Assembly: GCA_051530055.1 (NCBI GenBank)
Contig: CM121343.1
Location: forward strand, 4,372,389 to 4,436,388
Source of the DNA: Neoechinorhynchus agilis
Taxonomy: Eukaryota; Animalia; Acanthocephala
Direction of reading: 5' to 3'
DNA length: 64,000 bases
Shown here: one piece after another, positions 62,868 to 64,000 of the stretch
Position numbering within the stretch: position 1 is the first letter of the stretch
Layout of the letters: the number at the start of each line of letters is the position of its first letter
The notes under the pieces: generated by a model
Told to the model about the DNA's origin: nothing
The model's database searches: none
The model's input: only the letters and a program-made list of their open reading frames with translations
Made by a program: the position numbers and the translations under genes

Positions 62868-63777
62868 TCGCTCTCTCCGTTAAACAATGTCTAAAACATC
62901 ACGATTTTCAACAACAAAAGAAACAAAACTCGGGCGTGCGCACGGATGCGAATACCGTAAACGATGTCGAATTTCTTCCGGATTTCTAATATAGTTACGT
63001 AATTTACACGTGCGCGCGCCAATCTTTCAGCATTTTTAATTTCGACGTCATTTCTCTTCCGTGTCATCGGGCGTGTATTTGATACGGTCGCGATGTGTTA
63101 TAACCGAGTCCATACGTCACTGACAAATATTATGAATTCTTCCGTGTAAACGGTGTTGTGTGCATTGCTATATATACACACACGTGCGAGCGCTCGTACT
63201 GCCTCCGAAGACGCGCGCGCGCTCTCGCCTCTTGTGTTGTGCTCTTTCGTTTTGTTAATGTTGGTCGCTTTGGTATTCTTTGCTATTTTTGTTGTATTAT
63301 TGGATCATCATCATCGTCAAGGTGTTTAATTATACGGACATGTTTGGTAAACGTCGTCAAGGTGCAATTAACACGTCACGATTATTCGTTCTTCCGTGTT
63401 TTTAATTTTTTTATGCTTCAGGGAGCAACGCAATGTTCCCTTACAATAAATCGGCTCTTAATTGAACGCTTAATTACACGGTGTGAGATTAACAGTGGCA
63501 CCACGTGGATTATTTGAAAGACACCGCTCCAATAAATGCAAATGACGGATCGAATGCTTGTAGGCGGACGCACCCAGTCACGGGTTGCTTTTGTTTTCCA
63601 ATACATATTGTTGTTGAAAGTATATTATTTTTTTGTTATCGTTAGGCTGCCCAAGGCCTTATAATTGACTGTATCTTTAATCATGATACTATCGAGAGCG
63701 TGCCTTCCGTTGATTGATCAAAATTAATCCATAAGCTTCAGGGGGTAACTTGGATTTTTCTGATTTTTGTGTTTTAG

Positions 63778-64000
63778 ATGGCACTAGCTGACAAACGATT
63801 ATCTTGTACAAAGGGTGAGGTTATACGTATGCAGTTCGGGATTTTCGGTCCTGATGAGATAAGACGCTATTCCGTCACGCCTCAGGGTATTCGGTATGCC
63901 GAATTTTACGATAACGGTAGACCGAAGATTGATGGTCTTATGGATCCAAGGCAAGGTCCATGGGATCGCGACGCGAAATGCTTAACATGTTCCGGCAACA
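63778..64000 (+). CDS. RPB1: RNA polymerase II largest subunit, N-terminus (runs off the window)
   Basis: MALADKRL…[17 protein letters not shown]…[14 protein letters not shown]…CLTCSGN matches the RPB1 start and first Zn-binding cysteines. Confidence 0.93.
   Translation, partial: MALADKRLSCTKGEVIRMQFGIFGPDEIRRYSVTPQGIRYAEFYDNGRPKIDGLMDPRQGPWDRDAKCLTCSGN

Noticed and set aside
6409-64000. Co-location of RNGTT, SMG5, SETD2-like and RPB1 as an mRNA-processing cluster
   Set aside because: They are separated by unrelated genes and mobile DNA; chance proximity in a gene-dense genome is sufficient.

Overview
Gene-dense animal genomic DNA with many ~45-55 nt GT-AG introns (compact-genome metazoan; taxon not determinable here). 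Protein genes: an intronless 7TM receptor-like ORF, mRNA capping enzyme (RNGTT), CCT5, SMG5-like, a SETD2/Set2-like H3K36 methyltransferase, a head-to-head collagen IV alpha1-like/alpha2-like pair, a RING/TRAF zinc-finger gene, ERO1 and the 5' end of RPB1. Mobile DNA is abundant: an intact single-ORF APE-RT LINE with a tail-to-tail relic, CRE-like RLE retroelement fragments, a complete miniature LTR element (TRIM), foldback elements carrying Penelope-type minimal hammerhead ribozymes, and a tRNA-headed SINE family with about 8 copies. Two observations stand out. (1) The best SINE copy (52021-52092) contains every hammerhead core element and all three stems in exact register, but in a strand order that is none of the three canonical circular permutations. 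(2) Three housekeeping genes (ERO1, CCT5, SETD2-like) are split inside conserved motifs by insertions bounded by short direct repeats, whose precise removal restores the protein better than canonical splicing does. All calls are from manual inspection; no searches were run.
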